Shown: positions 60,274-64,000 of the stretch, in pieces
Layout of the letters: each line of letters starts with the position of its first letter
Position numbering within the stretch: the stretch's first letter is position 1
Assembly (NCBI GenBank): GCA_965216755.1
Contig: CBDCGL010000011.1
Span: forward strand, 3,776,001-3,840,000
Length of the DNA: 64,000 bases
DNA from: Alphaproteobacteria bacterium
Lineage (GTDB): Bacteria; Pseudomonadota; Alphaproteobacteria; UBA7887
Direction of reading: 5' to 3'
Translations under genes and position numbers: made by a program
The notes under the pieces: generated by a model
Databases searched by the model: none
Seen by the model: only the letters and a program-made list of their open reading frames with translations
What the model was told of the DNA's origin: nothing

Positions 60274-60663
60274 CAGAGAGGTCCCAAAAGATCGCTGCCG
60301 CGGATCGCAGATTAGTTCGAAGATATTACAAAACCGAAAACTCAGTGTGCGCGGATTATTGTGTATAGCCGTGGACAATTAGGGGTCATTTTCACACTCA
60401 ATTATGGCGGCAGTGTAGCCGGGAGAACAGCAGGAATGAACATGTTTTGTCATCTAACAAACGCAAGGCCTTGTGCTCACGTTATTTGATGCGCATTCCA
60501 TCCAATGCATCAGCTATTAAACAAAATATTAATCAAATATATCTCGCGTTGTTTAAATTTTATGCTATACATAAAAAGTAAATATTTGTGTTTTTTTGGT
60601 ATTTCGCCGCAATTTGAAAATCAATATTGCCAGTTTTATTTGATGGGATTGAATTTTTAGTTG

Positions 60664-61068
60664 TCATGACGTGCGCATGACACGAGAGACCAAGACAAAA
60701 GTCAAAACAGCCGCGATTGGTGTCAGGATCGCCTGTGCCAACAAGGGGGCGGTGCCCCACCGGGTCAGCTGCGCCAGACTGATCGCATTGAGGGCGTAGA
60801 CGCCGGCATAGGTGAATGCGTATGCCGGGAGGCGTTTGAAACCGCGCGTTGCGAAAATGAAGCGTGCGGACAGGATATAGTTGAACATCACGCCGATCGA
60901 AAATGACAAGAGTAGCGCCATTTGGGCACCGAGCCCGCCCAGGACCAAAGCCGCATAGACGGCATAGCCAAAGACCGTATTGACGGCGCCCAAGACCACG
61001 AATTTTGCGAACCGACGGCGGGTTTCGGCGTCGGGCAGGCGAAACCGCGCAGCCGGCTTAGCCGCCAT
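60664..61068 (-). CDS. GtrA family membrane protein
   Basis: KFVVLGAVNTVFGY...FNY...FIF with four TMs. Start trimmed to MAAKP. Confidence 0.88.
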   Translation of the reverse strand: MAAKPAARFRLPDAETRRRFAKFVVLGAVNTVFGYAVYAALVLGGLGAQMALLLSFSIGVMFNYILSARFIFATRGFKRLPAYAFTYAGVYALNAISLAQLTRWGTAPLLAQAILTPIAAVLTFVLVSRVMRTS

Positions 61069-61987
61069 GAGCACGAAACCAAGCGATGGTCCGGTCGATC
61101 CCACGATCAAGATCAAACCGGGGGCGAAAACCGATCGCGTCCCTGAGCCGCGTGACGTCGGCGACCAGCCGCGCTGGCTCGGATTCGGCCAAGGGCTTGG
61201 CGCCGAAGCGAACAAGCTCGGGGCGGCCGATCTTTTCCGCCGCCGTTTCGACCAGTTCGCGCACCGCTATGCCGTGGCCGCTCGCCACATTGATGGCGCC
61301 GTCAAAGTTCTGCGCGACCAGCATTGCAAACGCGCGCCCGATGTCTTCGCTATAGAGATAGTCCCGGACTTGCGTGCCGGGCGTGCAGTCAACCGGTTGT
61401 TCGTTGAGCAGCGCTGTAATGACTTGATGGATCAACCGGCCGCCCGGTTCGGCGGGCCCATAGCAAAAAAAGATTCGCCCCCACGCCAACGACACGCCGT
61501 GGTCGGCGCACAGGCCCCTCAGTGCGGCGTGCGCCTGGACTTTTGCGCGGCCGTAGGATGTCGCCGGGGCAAGCGGCGTGCGGTCTTCGCGCAATGTCTC
61601 ATGATTCCAGTCATATTCCGCGCAGCTACCACTGACCACCATGCGTTGGCCGCCGGCGGCGGCGAAAGCACGTGCCAACGCGATCGTTGCTGCGGCCCAT
61701 TTGTCATTGGCTGGTGACGTCCAGCGTGTCCGCGTGTCGCCATGCCAAGCGAAATGCAGCAAATGGGAGGGACTCAGCCGGGCGAGTAAATCGCCGACGG
61801 CGCGTTCATCGAGCAAATCCACCTGGTGCTCGTGACATCTCGCGCGCAGCTCTTCCGCTAAGCCATCGCGGGCCGATCGCCGGTGGCTGAAGAGATGTGG
61901 CGTGTAGCCCAGCGCCAACAACGGTGCGATCGCGTGTCGTCCGATAAATCCGCTGGCGCCGGTGACGGCAATGCAGTGTGCGGCCAT
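61058..61987 (-). CDS. NAD-dependent epimerase/dehydratase/reductase (NDP-sugar SDR)
   Basis: VTGASGFIG, GSCAEY, YGRAK, RDYLY. Confidence 0.9.
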   Translation of the reverse strand: MAAHCIAVTGASGFIGRHAIAPLLALGYTPHLFSHRRSARDGLAEELRARCHEHQVDLLDERAVGDLLARLSPSHLLHFAWHGDTRTRWTSPANDKWAAATIALARAFAAAGGQRMVVSGSCAEYDWNHETLREDRTPLAPATSYGRAKVQAHAALRGLCADHGVSLAWGRIFFCYGPAEPGGRLIHQVITALLNEQPVDCTPGTQVRDYLYSEDIGRAFAMLVAQNFDGAINVASGHGIAVRELVETAAEKIGRPELVRFGAKPLAESEPARLVADVTRLRDAIGFRPRFDLDRGIDRTIAWFRAHGG

Positions 61988-62003
61988 TTGCGCGCGCCTC
62001 GGC

Positions 62004-63245
62004 CTAGGGCGTGACCGTCAGTTTCGGAATTGCGGTGACGAATTGGCAACCGCGATCGCGCAATTCTTTCAGTTGGCCGATGACCTCGTCGCGGATGTTC
62101 CAGGGCAGGATCAAGACGTAGTCCGGCGCGTCGGCGATAAGTTTGTCAACGGGGAAGACCGGAATTCGGCTGCCCGGCAAAAATGTATTTTGCTTCGCCG
62201 GGTTGCGATCAACAACGTAGCCGACGAGATCAGGTCCAATGTGGCAATAGTTCAAAAGCGTATTGCCTTTTGCAGCGGCGCCGTAGCCGGCGGTCTTGGC
62301 GCCGCGGTCCTTGGCCCGGTGAAGAAACGACAATAGATCGTCCTTGATGGTTCCGACCTTCGCGTCGAAACCTTCATAGCCGCGCCGGTCGTCCAAATGG
62401 GCCCCACGTTCCTTGCGGCGGATGGCTTCGACATTGTCCGTCGTGGCATGGTCAGCGTCATCGCGGCATGCGAACACACGCAACGAACCGCCATGGGTCG
62501 GAATCTCCATGACGTCGAAAACACGCAGACCGTGCTTAGAGAAAATTTTGGTCACCGTCAGCAGCGACAAATAGGCGAAGTGTTCGTGATAGATGGTATC
62601 GAATTGGACCTCGGCGATCAGATTGAGAAGGTGCGGGAATTCGACGGTATAGACCGCGTCGCCAGTAAGCAATCGTGCGACCCCTGCGACAAAATCGTTG
62701 ATGTCGGGCACATGGGCGAGAACATTCTTCGACGCGATCAGCCGCGGCTTGTGACCTTTCGCTTGTAAATCGGCGGCCAACGACTCGCCAAAAAAAGCGA
62801 CCAAGGTCGGCACGCTCTTTGCGCACGCGGCGTCCGCGACATTCTGCGCCGGTTCGATTCCCAGTACGGGAATTCCTTGCTCAACAAAATATTGCAACAA
62901 ATAGCCATCATTGCTGGCGATCTCGATCACTTCGGTATCGCGATCCAAGTCGAACCGGTCGATCATCAAATGTGCGTAGTGCCGCGCGTGTGTGAGCCAG
63001 GTTTCGGAGAACGACGAGAAATAGGCGTAATGGCCAAAAATCTCTGTTGCCGGCACGACATTGTCGACTTGCACGAGCCAGCACTGATGGCACACGCGCA
63101 CATGCAACGGGTAGAAAGGATCCGCGTGCGCTGCGTCCTCTGGCGCAACATAGGAATTGGCCAAAGGCGACATGCCCAAATTGATCAAGGTTTGTCGCAA
63201 TAATGCGCCGCAATTCTGGCAATGTGGCCCGTGCGCCACCGTCAT
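62004..63245 (-). CDS. NDP-hexose C-methyltransferase (Zn-binding class I SAM)
   Basis: CQNC...CHQC, EIASNDG, NVLAHVPD, FDTIYHEH, THGGSLR, YGAAAKGNT. Confidence 0.9.
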   Translation of the reverse strand: MTVAHGPHCQNCGALLRQTLINLGMSPLANSYVAPEDAAHADPFYPLHVRVCHQCWLVQVDNVVPATEIFGHYAYFSSFSETWLTHARHYAHLMIDRFDLDRDTEVIEIASNDGYLLQYFVEQGIPVLGIEPAQNVADAACAKSVPTLVAFFGESLAADLQAKGHKPRLIASKNVLAHVPDINDFVAGVARLLTGDAVYTVEFPHLLNLIAEVQFDTIYHEHFAYLSLLTVTKIFSKHGLRVFDVMEIPTHGGSLRVFACRDDADHATTDNVEAIRRKERGAHLDDRRGYEGFDAKVGTIKDDLLSFLHRAKDRGAKTAGYGAAAKGNTLLNYCHIGPDLVGYVVDRNPAKQNTFLPGSRIPVFPVDKLIADAPDYVLILPWNIRDEVIGQLKELRDRGCQFVTAIPKLTVTP

Positions 63246-64000
63246 GGGGTTGCTTTTGTCGGCGTGGCTGTGCAGCGGTGCATGTGGGCATTGATCTGTC
63301 GGTTGGTCAACGCGCGCAGGTCATCGCCACGCGACCAAGCGACATACCAATCCGCGGTCAAACGCACTGCCTGGTCAAGGCTGAGCAACGGCTGCCATCC
63401 CAGCCGTTCCTTGGCCTTTGCACAATCAAGCCGCAGGCGCCCGGCTTCGTGCGGCGCGTTGCCGTCACTTGCATCCATGGTGACCCGGCCTTTGCCGAGT
63501 GCACTGATCATTGTTTCAGCAACATACTGAACCGACTGTTCATCACGTGGTTCGGGCCCAAAGTTCCAAGCCGTGTCGGCGCCGTCGGTGCCGTTTGTCA
63601 AGGCTTCCGCCAGGCGCATGTAGCCCCGCAGTGGCTCCAAGACATGTTGCCAAGGCCGAATCGCTGCCGGATTGCGCAAGTGGATCGCGCCACTGGCGCC
63701 GAGGCAACCGCGGACAATATCGGGGATCAGTCGGTCGTCGGCCCAATCGCCGCCGCCGATCACATTGCCGGCCCGCGCGGTCGCGATCTTGGCGCCGTGA
63801 CCTTCATTGGCGAAGGGCGCAAAAAAGCTCTTCTGCATCGATTGCGCGGCGATTTCGGTACAGCCCTTGCTGGCGCTATAGGGGTCGTGGCCGCCAAGTC
63901 TATCGCTTTCTCGGTAGCCCCAAACCCACTCTTGATTTTCATAACATTTGTCGCTGGTCACCACGACGACCGCCGTGACCGACGGGATCGTGCGAATGAC
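63242..64000 (-). CDS. rfbG: CDP-glucose 4,6-dehydratase, C-terminal part (runs off window end)
   Basis: VTSDKCY, GGHDPYSASK, ARAGNVIGGGDW, RPWQHVLEPL. Confidence 0.92.
   Translation of the reverse strand, partial: VIRTIPSVTAVVVVTSDKCYENQEWVWGYRESDRLGGHDPYSASKGCTEIAAQSMQKSFFAPFANEGHGAKIATARAGNVIGGGDWADDRLIPDIVRGCLGASGAIHLRNPAAIRPWQHVLEPLRGYMRLAEALTNGTDGADTAWNFGPEPRDEQSVQYVAETMISALGKGRVTMDASDGNAPHEAGRLRLDCAKAKERLGWQPLLSLDQAVRLTADWYVAWSRGDDLRALTNRQINAHMHRCTATPTKATP

Noticed and set aside
60517-60532. CtrA box
   Set aside because: Spacing is TTAA-N8-TTAA rather than N7, and the region is AT-rich enough for chance matches.
20173-64000. tRNA-anchored genomic island or prophage
   Set aside because: No integrase, no phage genes and no repeat of the tRNA 3' end found by eye. 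Housekeeping-type genes (pepF, ABC1 kinase) lie downstream.

Overview
GC-rich alphaproteobacterial chromosome segment (Rhodospirillales-like by gene style and order; inference). Bases 1-20.2 kb are mostly core genes: uvrB (partial), two divergent class-I aminotransferases, a molybdopterin oxidoreductase, msrP, lysR-trxB, an ELM1-like gene, greA-carB-carA, yqeY-dnaG-rpoD and tRNA(CAT). After the tRNA come accessory genes: a long AT-rich inverted repeat, catabolic enzymes, and a sodium:solute symporter with a CBS/DUF294 nucleotidyltransferase plus a membrane-anchored DEDDh nuclease-fold protein. An atypical phenylacetate-like (Paa) gene set is scattered over 33.7-55.7 kb: paaX, two divergent PaaA-family di-iron proteins, an FNR-type reductase, a flavodoxin, paaF/G/I, a CoA-transferase and a cupin, with no paaB/D/E/K. 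Also present are a SqrR/BigR-RND module, an orphan QhpG-like monooxygenase, and a CDP-sugar/GtrAB cluster containing a B12-radical SAM gene. The strongest candidates for novelty are (1) the non-canonical Paa-family di-iron system with a possible FNR/flavodoxin electron chain, (2) a Fur-box-preceded sRNA candidate between trxB and the ELM1-like gene, and (3) the symporter-linked nucleotidyltransferase/nuclease pair. All calls come from motif recognition by eye; no database search was run. No CRISPR array, rRNA, integrase or transposase was seen.
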